NCBI GenBank assembly: GCA_965204535.1
Contig: OZ241996.1
Location: forward strand, 1,152,001-1,216,000
Source of the DNA: a bacterium
Lineage (GTDB): Bacteria > UBA8248
Length of the DNA stretch: 64,000 bases
Reading direction: 5' to 3'
Made by a program: the position numbers and the translations under genes. Positions 8,176-18,270 of the stretch are shown here, in pieces (position 1 is the stretch's first letter; each line of letters begins with the position of its first letter). Below the pieces are notes generated by a model, which did no database searches, had not been told where the DNA came from, and saw only the letters and a program-made list of their open reading frames with translations.

Positions 8176-8943
8176 CTAGCGGCCCTGCCATTCGGGTTTT
8201 CTCTTCTCCATGAAGGCCGCGAGGCCCTCCTGTGTGTCGCGGGAGGTCTGGAGGCGGTAGCTGATGAGTTTGGCATTAGCGATGCCCTCGCGCACGTCGG
8301 GCGTTCTGAGCCCCTTGAGCACCGCTTCTTTCGTGTGCTGCACAGCCAGCGGCGCATTCTCGTTGATGAGGGTGGCCATGGCGCGGGCCTCGTCCATCAG
8401 CTTGTCCTGGGGCACAACCTTGTTCACCATGCCCCAGCGTTCGGCTTCATCCGCGGTAATATTCCTGCCGGTCAGCATGAATTCCATGGCGATGCCGGGC
8501 GGGATGGTCTTGGGCAGGCGCTGGTGGCCGCCGAGGCTCATCGCGCCGTATTTGGGCTGCGGGTAGCCGAAAACCGCGTTTTCGGAAGCAATCCGGATGT
8601 CACACGAGAGCGCCATCGAGCATCCCCCGCCATAGGCGTAGCCGTTCACCGCGGCGATGATGGGCTTGTAAATCTCGTATTCGCCGTACCACATTGTGGG
8701 CGAGTCGTGCTCATTGTACTGGCCCTCGCTCTCGACGACCGAAGTGAGGTCATGGCCGGCACAGAACGCGCGGTCCCCTGCGCCGGTGATGATGGCCGTC
8801 CATACGTTGTTGTCTTTCATGAATTTCTGACTGACGTCGTACAAATCGTCCACCATTTCTTCGGTGTAAGAGTTGAGTTTCTCGGGCCGGTTCAGGGTGA
8901 TGATGGCGGTTCTGCCTTCCACTTCATAATTGATGCGGCTCAT
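8176..8943 (-). CDS. enoyl-CoA hydratase/isomerase
   Basis: LNRPEKLN, FCAGHDL, KPIIAAVNGYAYGGG, EKRKPEW. Confidence 0.93.
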   Translation of the reverse strand: MSRINYEVEGRTAIITLNRPEKLNSYTEEMVDDLYDVSQKFMKDNNVWTAIITGAGDRAFCAGHDLTSVVESEGQYNEHDSPTMWYGEYEIYKPIIAAVNGYAYGGGCSMALSCDIRIASENAVFGYPQPKYGAMSLGGHQRLPKTIPPGIAMEFMLTGRNITADEAERWGMVNKVVPQDKLMDEARAMATLINENAPLAVQHTKEAVLKGLRTPDVREGIANAKLISYRLQTSRDTQEGLAAFMEKRKPEWQGR

Positions 8944-9190
8944 AGGACTTCTCCATATTGGTTTGACGAATCCGCTCGTTGCGTGTCCTTTGGGCCGAAA
9001 GTAGCGAGGCGACGGGGTTAAGTCAACGTCGGAGTGGAATCCTGCTCTTTCGACATACCTCCGAGTCTGCGTTTTCTTGACAGGTCAGGGCGCGGGTGCT
9101 AGCGTCGCCGCGAATTTCATATTCAGAATCATCTTTTGCGGGCTCGATATTTTCAGACCGAAATCTTTGTTTTTCGAGGAGGAAGACGCA

Positions 9191-10429
9191 ATGACGGACT
9201 ACCCCACGTGGGCGCGCGGGTCGATGATGGTCGACTGGGAGCACCGGATTGACATGGACCGCATGCGCCGAGAGCGCGTCGAGAAAACCCAGGCGGCGAT
9301 GAAGGAAAAGGGCATCGACGCCCTCATCCTCTGGAAGGACGAGAACGTGCGCTATCTAACGAGCGCGCGCGTCATCATGATTCAGTACCGCTCCTCCACC
9401 ACCTACGGGGTGCTGCTCAGACAGGAGGGAAACCCGACGCTGCTCGCCTCGAGCGGCGAGGCGCACCGCATCGAGGAGTGCATGCCCTGGATAGACGATT
9501 ACGTGCCCATCGGCATCCTGGAAGAGCCGGGCCTTGTGGAGCACACGGTGGGCACCGACATCAAGAAGCGCTTCGACGACTGGGGAGTTTCGAACGGAAC
9601 CATCGGTCTCGACGGGCACACGTTCACACAGCGGGCGATGATCGAAAAGTATTTCCCGGAAGCCACGTTCGTGGACGGCGAGCAGTTCATGTACATGAGC
9701 CGGGTGCAGAAGACGCCGGACGAGATAGCCTGCCTCCATCAGGCTTGCGCCATCGCCGACGCCGTTACCATCACGGCCTTGAACCACGCTGAGCCGGGCG
9801 TGCGTGAGTTCGACGTGGCGGCCGAGGCCATGAAGACGCTCTTCACCCACGGCGGGGAGTTCGGGCATCTGGCGTCTCCGTTCGTCGCTTCTGGCGAGCA
9901 CATGGCGCCGCCGACGCGCTTTCCCACCGATAAAATCATCAGGAACGCGGACATCGTCTTCATCGATATCGGAGCCTGCTGGAACGGGTATTTCGGCGAC
10001 TGCGGGCGCGCGAAGGTGGCCGGCGGCCCGCCCCATCCCATGCAGAAGAAGGTGTATACAACCGTCTACAAGTCGCTCAAGGCGGGGATCGAAAAGATGC
10101 GCCCAGGCTACACGAACGACGACTCGGCGGCGGAATTCCTGGAAGTCGCGCGCTCGGCAGGCTTGGAGGACAACTTTATCAAGCTGTTCATCGGACACGG
10201 CTGCGGCATTTCGCCCAACGAACCGCCATACGTGGGCGAGGTGATGCCCGGGGCCGAGAGCGTGGAGTTCGTGCCGGGGATGACGTTCGCCATCGAGCCG
10301 CTCATTTTCGTGCCGGGTATTCCCGGCGGGGCCGGCGTGCGGATTGAAGATCATATCCTCATCACCGAGGATGAACCCGTCTACATGACGCGCGCTCCCT
10401 ATTGCGAGGAATTGATCATTCAGGATTGA
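9191..10429 (+). CDS. M24 (Xaa-Pro peptidase family) metallopeptidase
   Basis: DIGACWNGYFGD, GHGCG, AIEP, GVRIED ligands; GAGGAGG RBS. Confidence 0.9.
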   Translation: MTDYPTWARGSMMVDWEHRIDMDRMRRERVEKTQAAMKEKGIDALILWKDENVRYLTSARVIMIQYRSSTTYGVLLRQEGNPTLLASSGEAHRIEECMPWIDDYVPIGILEEPGLVEHTVGTDIKKRFDDWGVSNGTIGLDGHTFTQRAMIEKYFPEATFVDGEQFMYMSRVQKTPDEIACLHQACAIADAVTITALNHAEPGVREFDVAAEAMKTLFTHGGEFGHLASPFVASGEHMAPPTRFPTDKIIRNADIVFIDIGACWNGYFGDCGRAKVAGGPPHPMQKKVYTTVYKSLKAGIEKMRPGYTNDDSAAEFLEVARSAGLEDNFIKLFIGHGCGISPNEPPYVGEVMPGAESVEFVPGMTFAIEPLIFVPGIPGGAGVRIEDHILITEDEPVYMTRAPYCEELIIQD

Positions 10430-10449
10430 GCAGGCGTTGACTTGAATCG

Positions 10450-10489
10450 GCGCCCCTGGCCTGAGGTCCGGGGGCGCTTTTTCATTTTG
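10450..10489 (+). terminator. intrinsic terminator
   Basis: GCGCCCC...GGGGCGC followed by a T-run. Confidence 0.7.
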
Positions 10490-10509
10490 TTGGTTGTGAG
10501 GCGAGGCAT

Positions 10510-11370
10510 GTGTTGACAGAGATTCCCCTGGCCATCGCGGCGTCGGCTTTTTTTGCGCTGACCTTCATCTTCTCGCGCCTGGCGACGCGGGAGGCGACGC
10601 CCGTGTTCGGCGGGTTCGTGGCTTCGGCCACGGTGACGCTCCTTTATCTGCCCTGGATAGCGGCGAGCGTACCGCTGAGCGCTTTCGCCAACCCGCACCT
10701 GCTCTGGTTCGTGGGGCTCGGCGTCATCACGCCCAGCATATCGAGGACGTTTCAGTTCGCGGGCGTCCAGCGCATCGGGGCGGCGCCTTCGGGCATCCTG
10801 CGCGGCCTGGGTCCTCTTTTCTCGAGCACACTGGCCGTCTTGCTGCTGGGCGAGCAACTCACGCCGATCCTCGCCCTGGGAACCGCCCTCATCGTCTGCG
10901 GCATCGTCGTCTTGTCGATCAGGAAAGACGAGATGCGCTCTTGGGCGCTCACCGGAATCGCCTACGCCATCGGCGCCACGCTCATATGGGTCATGCGCGA
11001 CCTCATCATCCGCTACTCCTCGCCGGATGTGCCCTACAAGACGCTGGCGATTTTCGTGATGGCGGGGACGTCGAGCATCGTCATGGCGTTGGTTCTTGCG
11101 AATTCCAAAAGCGGGCGCGAGGACTTCACCGGAAAGGGCCTCTTTTATTTCGTCCTCGTGGGACTCGCCAGTTTCTCGGCTCTGACATCGCTTTTCTTCG
11201 CCCTCGAGGAGGGACGTATCGTCGTTGTGACGCCGATCACCTCGGCGCAACCTTTGTTCGTGCTGCTCTTCTCGCGCTTCTTACCGCAAGGCATGGAGCC
11301 GCTGACGCCGCTCATGGTGCTGGGCGCGGCATTTATCGTCGCGGGAGGCGCGCTGATCAGCCTGGCGTGA
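10510..11370 (+). CDS. EamA/DMT transporter
   Basis: About 10 TM segments in a duplicated EamA pattern. Confidence 0.88.
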   Translation: MLTEIPLAIAASAFFALTFIFSRLATREATPVFGGFVASATVTLLYLPWIAASVPLSAFANPHLLWFVGLGVITPSISRTFQFAGVQRIGAAPSGILRGLGPLFSSTLAVLLLGEQLTPILALGTALIVCGIVVLSIRKDEMRSWALTGIAYAIGATLIWVMRDLIIRYSSPDVPYKTLAIFVMAGTSSIVMALVLANSKSGREDFTGKGLFYFVLVGLASFSALTSLFFALEEGRIVVVTPITSAQPLFVLLFSRFLPQGMEPLTPLMVLGAAFIVAGGALISLA

Positions 11371-12429
11371 TCAGTCGGCGAGTCTGTCGTTCAGGTCGAG
11401 ATCTCCGGCCAACTCCCTGAGCTGGGCGAGCACGGGCGCTGCGATGGGCACGCCGTCTCGGCGCATCTGTTCTTTTCTTCGCGCGAGATTCTCGCCCGGA
11501 ATCCGGATGGGGCTCTTGCCCTCCATGGGGGTGGAATTTCTGATCTCGCGGATTCTCATGTCCATCTCCGCCTTGAAATCATCCAGATCGCGGAAGATGT
11601 CTGGCCGCATGGCGAAAAACACCTGGCCGGTGTTCGTGGGTGTCTTGAAGTCCTTGTTGAAATCGATAACGTCAGATCCAAAGGCCGCTCCGTTCAGAAC
11701 GCCTGCGAGCGCGCCGATCATCATGTTCAGACCATATCCCTTGTGGCCCCCGATGGGCAGCAGAAAACCCTCCTCGGCGCGCGAGGCGTCGGTGAGGGGT
11801 TTTCCGTCTTTGCTCATCATCCAGCCCTCGGGCATCGGCTTTCCCTCCTGGGCGTAGACCTTCACCTTCCCGTAAGATGTCTCGGTGGTGGCCATGTCGA
11901 GGACGAAGGGGGGTTCCTCACCCGCCGGGATGGCGTAGGCGATGGGGTTGGTGCTCAGGAGCATGTCGACGCCGCCCCAGGGGGGCATGTGGTTGGCGTT
12001 GGCGACGGCCATGTACATGCCGATCATGTCGTGCGCGAGGGGCAAGGCGGCGTAGACGCCCGCGGCACCCGCGTGGTTCCCGTGCTGTATGCCGATCCAC
12101 GCAAGCCCGTTTTCTCGCGCCTTCTCGATGGCGAGTTCGGCGGCGAACGTCACGACCACCTGGCCGAAACCGTTATCCCCGTCGATGAGAGCGCTTACGG
12201 GGGTTTCGCGCTCGGCGCGGATGTCGGGCCTTAGGTTGTAGCCGCCTTCTCGGATTCTCCGGCAATAGGGAGGGAGCCGGAAGATGCCGTGTCCGTGCAT
12301 CCCGTGCAGGTCGGCTTCGATCATGCGGACGGCGCAGATACGGGCATGATCGTCCAAGACGTCGTACGCCACCAGGACGGCGTGAATGAAATTCTCCAGG
12401 CGTTCTACGGGGTAGCGTAGTTCGGACAT
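11371..12429 (-). CDS. Ldh_2 family (type 2 malate/L-lactate/sulfolactate) dehydrogenase
   Basis: ADLHGMHGHG, DGDNGFG, STNPIA, LDMATT, GGHKGYGL. Confidence 0.92.
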   Translation of the reverse strand: MSELRYPVERLENFIHAVLVAYDVLDDHARICAVRMIEADLHGMHGHGIFRLPPYCRRIREGGYNLRPDIRAERETPVSALIDGDNGFGQVVVTFAAELAIEKARENGLAWIGIQHGNHAGAAGVYAALPLAHDMIGMYMAVANANHMPPWGGVDMLLSTNPIAYAIPAGEEPPFVLDMATTETSYGKVKVYAQEGKPMPEGWMMSKDGKPLTDASRAEEGFLLPIGGHKGYGLNMMIGALAGVLNGAAFGSDVIDFNKDFKTPTNTGQVFFAMRPDIFRDLDDFKAEMDMRIREIRNSTPMEGKSPIRIPGENLARRKEQMRRDGVPIAAPVLAQLRELAGDLDLNDRLAD

Positions 12430-12669
12430 CGGGTCTCCTTGTTCGAATGGCGGTTTCCGTACTCACGGGGCGCGCCTGCGCGGCGTATGCGCACAGTTCC
12501 AACTGTAAAGATTCCTTAAAAATCGGGTTTTCTCACTTTGGTGAGATTTCTATGATATATTCCCAAGAGCCGTCATGGAAGGCGAATTCGCATCCATGGC
12601 ACAGTTCAAAACGATTCGCCTGTTCTGGAGAACACACCCGACTCCAGCCGCCACCCGAAAGGGGACGAG

Positions 12670-13674
12670 ATGAATTACATCAAAAAGCCCGAATGGTCGA
12701 TGTCCGAACGCGAGGCGACGCCCGAATCCGTTTTTTTGAACCGCCGCAAGTTTTTGGCGGGCGGCGCGGGTCTGATGCTGAGCCAGATGGTGACCCCTCC
12801 CTACTGGCCCGAACGGGACGGGCCGCTCACCCTGGCCCAGGCGAAGAAGGGGGTCGCACATCCTAAGGATCAGACAGTGGGCCTGTACCCGGCGCGCCGG
12901 AATCCTAAGTTCACGCTGGACCGGCCGCTCACGGAAGAAAAAGTGGCGGCCGAGTACAACAATTTCTACGAATTCGGCGGCAACAAGGCGATCTCCTGGT
13001 TGGCCAAGCGCATGGAGACGCGCCCGTGGCAGGTGGAGGTGAAAGGCCACGTCAAAAAGCCCAAAACCTACGATATCGACGAGTTGATCAAGGGCATGAC
13101 GCTCGAGGAGCGGCTGTATCGTTTCCGCTGCGTGGAAGCGTGGGCGATGGCCGTTCCGTGGACGGGTTTCAGGATTTCCGAACTCATCAAGAAAGTAGAG
13201 CCCACGAGCAAGGCGAAATACGTCAAATTCACCACCTTCCTGAACCGCAAGGTGGCGTTGGGGCAGCTCCAGGTCTGGTACCCTTGGCCTTACGTGGAAG
13301 GCCTCACCATGAAGGAGGCCATGAACGAACTGGCTATTATGGGCACGGGCATTTACGGTCATCCCATGCCGCAGCAGCATGGCGCGCCCCTGCGCCTGGT
13401 GGTTCCGTGGAAATATGGATTCAAGAGCATCAAGTCCATCGTTTCCATTGAATTTACGGAAAAGAGGCCCCGCACGTTCTGGGAGAAGGCGGGGCCCAGT
13501 GAATACGGCTTCTGGGCCAATATCAACCCGAAGTTCAACCATCCTAGGTGGTCGCAGGCGTCGGAGCGCATGCTGGGAACGAACGAGAGAAGGCCGACGC
13601 TTCTCTTCAACGGCTATGCGAAATGGGTGGGGGACATGTACCCGGACATGAACGACCGGAAATATTTCATGTAG
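12670..13674 (+). CDS. msrP: protein-methionine-sulfoxide reductase catalytic subunit MsrP
   Basis: Tat motif NRRKFL; YNNFYEFG; ERLYRFRCVEAW; GAPLRLVVPWKYGFKSIKSI; HPRWSQA. Confidence 0.95.
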   Translation: MNYIKKPEWSMSEREATPESVFLNRRKFLAGGAGLMLSQMVTPPYWPERDGPLTLAQAKKGVAHPKDQTVGLYPARRNPKFTLDRPLTEEKVAAEYNNFYEFGGNKAISWLAKRMETRPWQVEVKGHVKKPKTYDIDELIKGMTLEERLYRFRCVEAWAMAVPWTGFRISELIKKVEPTSKAKYVKFTTFLNRKVALGQLQVWYPWPYVEGLTMKEAMNELAIMGTGIYGHPMPQQHGAPLRLVVPWKYGFKSIKSIVSIEFTEKRPRTFWEKAGPSEYGFWANINPKFNHPRWSQASERMLGTNERRPTLLFNGYAKWVGDMYPDMNDRKYFM

Positions 13675-13690
13675 GCGCAGATTTCAGAGA

Positions 13691-13735
13691 AAAACCATCT
13701 TCCGGCCTTATAAGTTGCCGGGGGATGGTCTTTTT
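13691..13735. terminator. bidirectional terminator between convergent genes
   Basis: ACCATCTTCCGGC...GCCGGGGGATGGT flanked by A and T runs. Confidence 0.75.
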
Positions 13736-13748
13736 GTGCGATAGAAGG

Positions 13749-14924
13749 TTACGCTTTCAAGGCCTGATCCAGATCCTCGATCAAATCGTCCGCGTCCTCG
13801 ATCCCCACGGAAAGCCGGATCAGGGTGTCGCTGATGCCAAGTGCTTCTCTGCTCTCCTCGGTGAGAGAAGCGTGCGTCATGATGGCGGGATGCTCCACCA
13901 GGGATTCCGTCCCCCCTAGGCTCTCCGCCAGGGTGAACAGCCTCACGTTTTCCAGGAATCTGCGCGCCTCTGGCAGGCCGCCTCTTAAGTAGAACGCCAG
14001 CATGCCCCCGAAGCCGCTCATCTGCCTTTTTGCCAGATCGTGCTGGGGGTGAGATTCCAGCCCCGGATATATGACTTTCTCCACTCCGGGGTGCCCCTCA
14101 AAATGCCTGGCGATTTTCATGGCGTTTTGCTGGTGTTTTTCCATCCGCACGGGGAGGGTGTCGATGCCCCGCATGGTCATGTAACAGTCGAATGGAGCGG
14201 GAGTCGCTCCGAGCGCGTTCTGGTAATGCCTGATGCGCTCATGGAGCGCCTGGCTTTTCGTCACCAGCGCGCCGCCGACCACGTCGCTGTGCCCGCCGAT
14301 GTATTTCGTCGTGCTGTGAACGGCGATGTCCGCGCCCAGGGCGAGCGGTCTCTGGAAGTAGGGGCTCATGAAGGTGTTGTCCACGGCGACGATGGCCCCG
14401 TCTTTCCCGTACGTGGAGGCGATGCTCCGGATGTCGGCCATCTTTAAGAGCGGGTTCGTGGGGCTCTCTATCCAGATGAGCCGCGTGTTCTCCCGGATTT
14501 TACCGGCCAGGGACTCCTCATCCGCCATATCCACGTAGTCGCACGCGATGCCGAATTTCTCGAACCCCCGGAAATCCTTGCCCGTGATAAGGCGGAAGGT
14601 TCCGCCATACACGTCGTCCGAGCAAAGCATGTGATCGCCGTGGGAGAGCAGGGCGAAAAGTACCGTGGTGGTGGCGCCCAGACCCGAGGAGAACGCCAGC
14701 CCGTGGCACTCGGCATCCGCGTTATCGGGGCGTTCGAGGCCTGCAATGTTCATCTCCAAGGCCTCTCGCGTCGGGTTGCCCGAGCGCGAGTATTCAAAAT
14801 CGCCGACGGGGTCGCCGGGCGTATGCTGCTTGAACGTGCTGCTCAGGCAGATGTCGGGCTTCACGGCGCCGGTGAGTTCGTTGGGTTCTTTTCCGTGGTG
14901 AATTGCTCTGGTGGATATTTTCAT
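13749..14924 (-). CDS. cystathionine gamma-lyase/synthase (Cys/Met PLP enzyme)
   Basis: YSRSGNPTR, VDNTF, HSTTKYIGGHSD, LAESLGG, RLSVGIE. Confidence 0.93.
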   Translation of the reverse strand: MKISTRAIHHGKEPNELTGAVKPDICLSSTFKQHTPGDPVGDFEYSRSGNPTREALEMNIAGLERPDNADAECHGLAFSSGLGATTTVLFALLSHGDHMLCSDDVYGGTFRLITGKDFRGFEKFGIACDYVDMADEESLAGKIRENTRLIWIESPTNPLLKMADIRSIASTYGKDGAIVAVDNTFMSPYFQRPLALGADIAVHSTTKYIGGHSDVVGGALVTKSQALHERIRHYQNALGATPAPFDCYMTMRGIDTLPVRMEKHQQNAMKIARHFEGHPGVEKVIYPGLESHPQHDLAKRQMSGFGGMLAFYLRGGLPEARRFLENVRLFTLAESLGGTESLVEHPAIMTHASLTEESREALGISDTLIRLSVGIEDADDLIEDLDQALKA

Positions 14925-14970
14925 GTTGCTCCAAGAAAGCGGGGGTTGGTTACTGTTTCCGTATCGACCT

Positions 14971-15978
14971 CTATGACGCGCTCTTTGGTGCCGCCGCCTG
15001 CTCAATTTCCGCTTCATCCAGGAATGCGTTGGCGACCATCCATTCGTCGGAGAATATCTTGCTGAGATAGAACATGCCCGAATCCGGCATGAGGGTGACG
15101 ATTCTTTCGGGTTTTTCGAGGGATTCCGCGTACCGCACGGCGCCTGCGACCGCGCCGCCGGCCGAGCCGCCCACCAGGATGCCTTCTTCCCTCGCCAGCC
15201 TCCTCGCCATCAGGAGGCACTCAGCGTCGGTGACGCGGACGACTTCGTCGATGTTATCGAAACTGAGCGTCGCGGGCTTGAAGCTCTCTCCGATTCCTTC
15301 GGTCTTGTAGGAGCCCGCCTCGGGGTCCGTTTCCCCGTAGAAAAGGCCGTAGAGAATCGAGCCGATGGGGTCCACGCCGACGATTTTGATGTCGGGGTTT
15401 TTTTCTTTCAGGAATCTGCCCGTGCCCGAGATGGTGCCGCCGGTGCCCAGACCCGTGACGAACGCGTCGAAATCGCCTCCCGTCTGACGCCATATCTCGG
15501 GCCCCGTCATGCGGTAGTGGGATTCGGGGTTATTCGGGTTGTTGTACTGGTTCGCCAGTATGCAGTTGGGTGTCTCCTCCACGATCCTGCGCGCAACGCT
15601 GTAGTGGCTCTCGGGGTCGTCGAGCGCGACCGTAGGCGTGACGATGACTTTCGCCCCGTATGCGCGGAGCCGGTCGACTTTCTCCTGGCTCATCTTGTCG
15701 GGCATCACGAAAACACAATTGTAGCCCTTGATTGCGGCCACGATGGCGAGTCCCGCGCCGGTGTTCCCGGAAGTGGCCTCGACAATCATTCCACCCGGCT
15801 TGAGTTCGCCCTTTTTTTCCGCGTCTTCGACGATCAACGGTGCGATGCGATCTTTCACCGAGAGACCGGGATTCATGTATTCGACCTTGACGAAAAGTTC
15901 GGATTCCAGTTCTGAGCTGACCGAATTGAGTCTTACGATCGGCGTGTCGCCGATGGCCTCCAGAATGTTGTTCTTCAC
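14971..15978 (-). CDS. cystathionine beta-synthase / cysteine synthase family
   Basis: KVEYMNPGLSVKDR, EATSGNTG, MPDKMSQEK, GTGGT, YLSKIFSDEW (CBS-like). Confidence 0.9.
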   Translation of the reverse strand: MKNNILEAIGDTPIVRLNSVSSELESELFVKVEYMNPGLSVKDRIAPLIVEDAEKKGELKPGGMIVEATSGNTGAGLAIVAAIKGYNCVFVMPDKMSQEKVDRLRAYGAKVIVTPTVALDDPESHYSVARRIVEETPNCILANQYNNPNNPESHYRMTGPEIWRQTGGDFDAFVTGLGTGGTISGTGRFLKEKNPDIKIVGVDPIGSILYGLFYGETDPEAGSYKTEGIGESFKPATLSFDNIDEVVRVTDAECLLMARRLAREEGILVGGSAGGAVAGAVRYAESLEKPERIVTLMPDSGMFYLSKIFSDEWMVANAFLDEAEIEQAAAPKSAS

Positions 15979-16056
15979 TTGCTTATGCCCTCGAAAACGG
16001 CTTGAAAATTTGAAAGCATCATACTGCGAGACGATTATGCGGCATCCGCGCGGCGT

Positions 16057-17295
16057 CTACAAATCATCGAGAATCTCGACGGCCTGAAACAATTTTCCCT
16101 CCATGAACTCGAGGCTCGCCCCACCGCCCGTGCTTACGTGGCTCACTCGCTCGCTCAGCCCGGCCATCTCAATGGCCGCCGCGCTGTCGCCGCCGCCGAT
16201 GACGGTCGTGGCGCCGTTTTTCGTCGCCTCCGCGAGGGCATGCGCGACGGTGAAAGTGCCCTTATCGAACGGCTTGACCTCGAAGACGCCCATCGGGCCG
16301 TTCCAGACGATGGTTTTCGCCCCTGAAATCATCTCCGAGAATCGCTGCGCGGTTTCCGGGCCGATGTCGAGGCCCATGAGCCCCTCTGGAATCACGCCTT
16401 GGAATACTTCGAAGGATGCTCCCTCTTCGATGGCGCGCGCGGCGACGACGTCCGTGGGCAAAACGAGTTTCTCGCCCCCTAGGGATTGGAGTTGCCCGGC
16501 AACCTCGATCCTGTCTTCCTCCACGAGGCTCGCGCCCGTCTCCTGCCCGTTCGCCCGCATGAACGTATAGACCATGGCCCCGCCGATGAGCACCCGGTCG
16601 CATTTGCCCAATAAAGTTTCGATGACCATCATCTTGTCGGAGACTTTCTTTCCTCCGATGATGGCGAGGAAGGGTTTTTCCGGCGCATTCAGCGCCTCCC
16701 CCAGGTACTGAAGCTCCTTTTCCAGCAGGAATCCCGCAACGCGGGGCTTTCCGGCCATCATCTGCGGCACGGTGAGCATACTCGCATTATCGCGGTGGCA
16801 GGTGCCGAAGGCGTCGTTTACATAAACGTCGGCCAATGAAGCCAGCCCCTGTGCGAAGGCGTCTTTTTCCCGTCTTAGGGCCGTATCTTCAGAGGCCCCC
16901 TTATCCTTGATCTGCTCGGCCTTGTGGAAGCGGAGGTTTTCGAGAAGGCAGCATTCCCCGTCTTTTAGCGCTTCGACGGCGCTCTCGGCAGCGTGTCCCA
17001 CGCAGTCTTTCGCGAAGACGACGCTCTTGCCGAGTAATTCCCCGAGACGCTCGGCGATGGGCGCAAGGGTCCACCTGGCGTTGGCCTTGGGGCCTTCTCC
17101 CGTCGGGCGCCCAAGATGGCTCATGAGGACGAGGCGGCCACCGCCAGCCAATATGTGGTTTATCGTGGGGAGCGCCATGCGGATCCTGCGATCATCGGCG
17201 ATGCGGCCGTTCACGTCCTGGGGGACGTTGAAGTCCACACGCATCAGCACGCGCTTACCACGCACGTCGATGTCCGAGATGCTTTTCTTCGTCAT
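16057..17295 (-). CDS. pgk: phosphoglycerate kinase
   Basis: RVDFNVP, SHLGRP, LLENLRF, WNGPMGVFE, GGGDS, STGGGASLE. Confidence 0.97.
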   Translation of the reverse strand: MTKKSISDIDVRGKRVLMRVDFNVPQDVNGRIADDRRIRMALPTINHILAGGGRLVLMSHLGRPTGEGPKANARWTLAPIAERLGELLGKSVVFAKDCVGHAAESAVEALKDGECCLLENLRFHKAEQIKDKGASEDTALRREKDAFAQGLASLADVYVNDAFGTCHRDNASMLTVPQMMAGKPRVAGFLLEKELQYLGEALNAPEKPFLAIIGGKKVSDKMMVIETLLGKCDRVLIGGAMVYTFMRANGQETGASLVEEDRIEVAGQLQSLGGEKLVLPTDVVAARAIEEGASFEVFQGVIPEGLMGLDIGPETAQRFSEMISGAKTIVWNGPMGVFEVKPFDKGTFTVAHALAEATKNGATTVIGGGDSAAAIEMAGLSERVSHVSTGGGASLEFMEGKLFQAVEILDDL

Positions 17296-17475
17296 GGCTT
17301 GCCGCCTTTGTGAAAGTGAACGCCGCCTGGAATGCCGCCGAAGGACAAGTCGTGTATAAGAAAAATCGTCATGAAAATCCAGCGCCCGGCCGAAGGTCTT
17401 CGAGGTTTGCGTTTCAGTTTCGCTCGGCGCTAACGCAGATACGAGTATGAACGGGTTGCAAGGAAAGGGGAAGAG

Positions 17476-18270
17476 ATGATCACCATAGATTTAAGCGGAA
17501 AAATCGCCCTGGTGACGGGTTCGAGCCAGGGCATCGGGCAGGCGTGCGCCATGGTTTTGGCGCGCGCGGGGGCATCGGTCGCCCTCGCGGCCCGGAACGA
17601 GGAGAATTTGAAGCAGACCGCTTCCGACATTACCTCTGCCGGAGGACGCGCGGAGGTGATGGCGGGCGACCTCACCGCTGCCGGCCAGACGGAGCAGGTG
17701 GTGGAAGAGACTTGCGCCCGGTTCGGGGGAATCGATTTTCTCATCAGCGCCGCAGGCGTCAGCAGGCGGACAGACCCCATCGTAACGACGGATGAGGACA
17801 TCGACCTCGCCATCGACCTCAAACTCCGCGCCGCCATCCGCTTGACGAAAGCCGCGATTCCGCAGATGAGGAAGCGGGGCGGGGGCGTGATCGTCTATTT
17901 CTCGGGGCTGAGTCACGTCCATACCTCCGTGTACCACGGCTCGGGCTGCATCCCGAACGCGGGTCTCGCCGCCTACAAGCATCAACTCGCCCGGAGGCTC
18001 GCACCCGAGAACATCCGGGTGAACCTCATCAATCCGGGCACGACGGACACCCCGAGGTACGTCCGGCAGACGACGAAAATCGCGGAACTCACGAATCGAA
18101 CTTATGAGGAAGTGGATGCCGAAAGGCGCGCCGAACTGCCCATGGGCCGTCTCACGCGGGCCGAGGATTGCGCAGGCGCGACCTTGTTTCTGGTTTCCGA
18201 CCTGGCCTCGAACATCACGGGCGAGTCCATCAACGTGGACGGCGGTCGGTGCGACGTTGTGCGGCCCTAG
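17476..18270 (+). CDS. SDR family oxidoreductase
   Basis: TGSSQGIG, NLINPG, ITGESINVDGG. Confidence 0.9.
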   Translation: MITIDLSGKIALVTGSSQGIGQACAMVLARAGASVALAARNEENLKQTASDITSAGGRAEVMAGDLTAAGQTEQVVEETCARFGGIDFLISAAGVSRRTDPIVTTDEDIDLAIDLKLRAAIRLTKAAIPQMRKRGGGVIVYFSGLSHVHTSVYHGSGCIPNAGLAAYKHQLARRLAPENIRVNLINPGTTDTPRYVRQTTKIAELTNRTYEEVDAERRAELPMGRLTRAEDCAGATLFLVSDLASNITGESINVDGGRCDVVRP

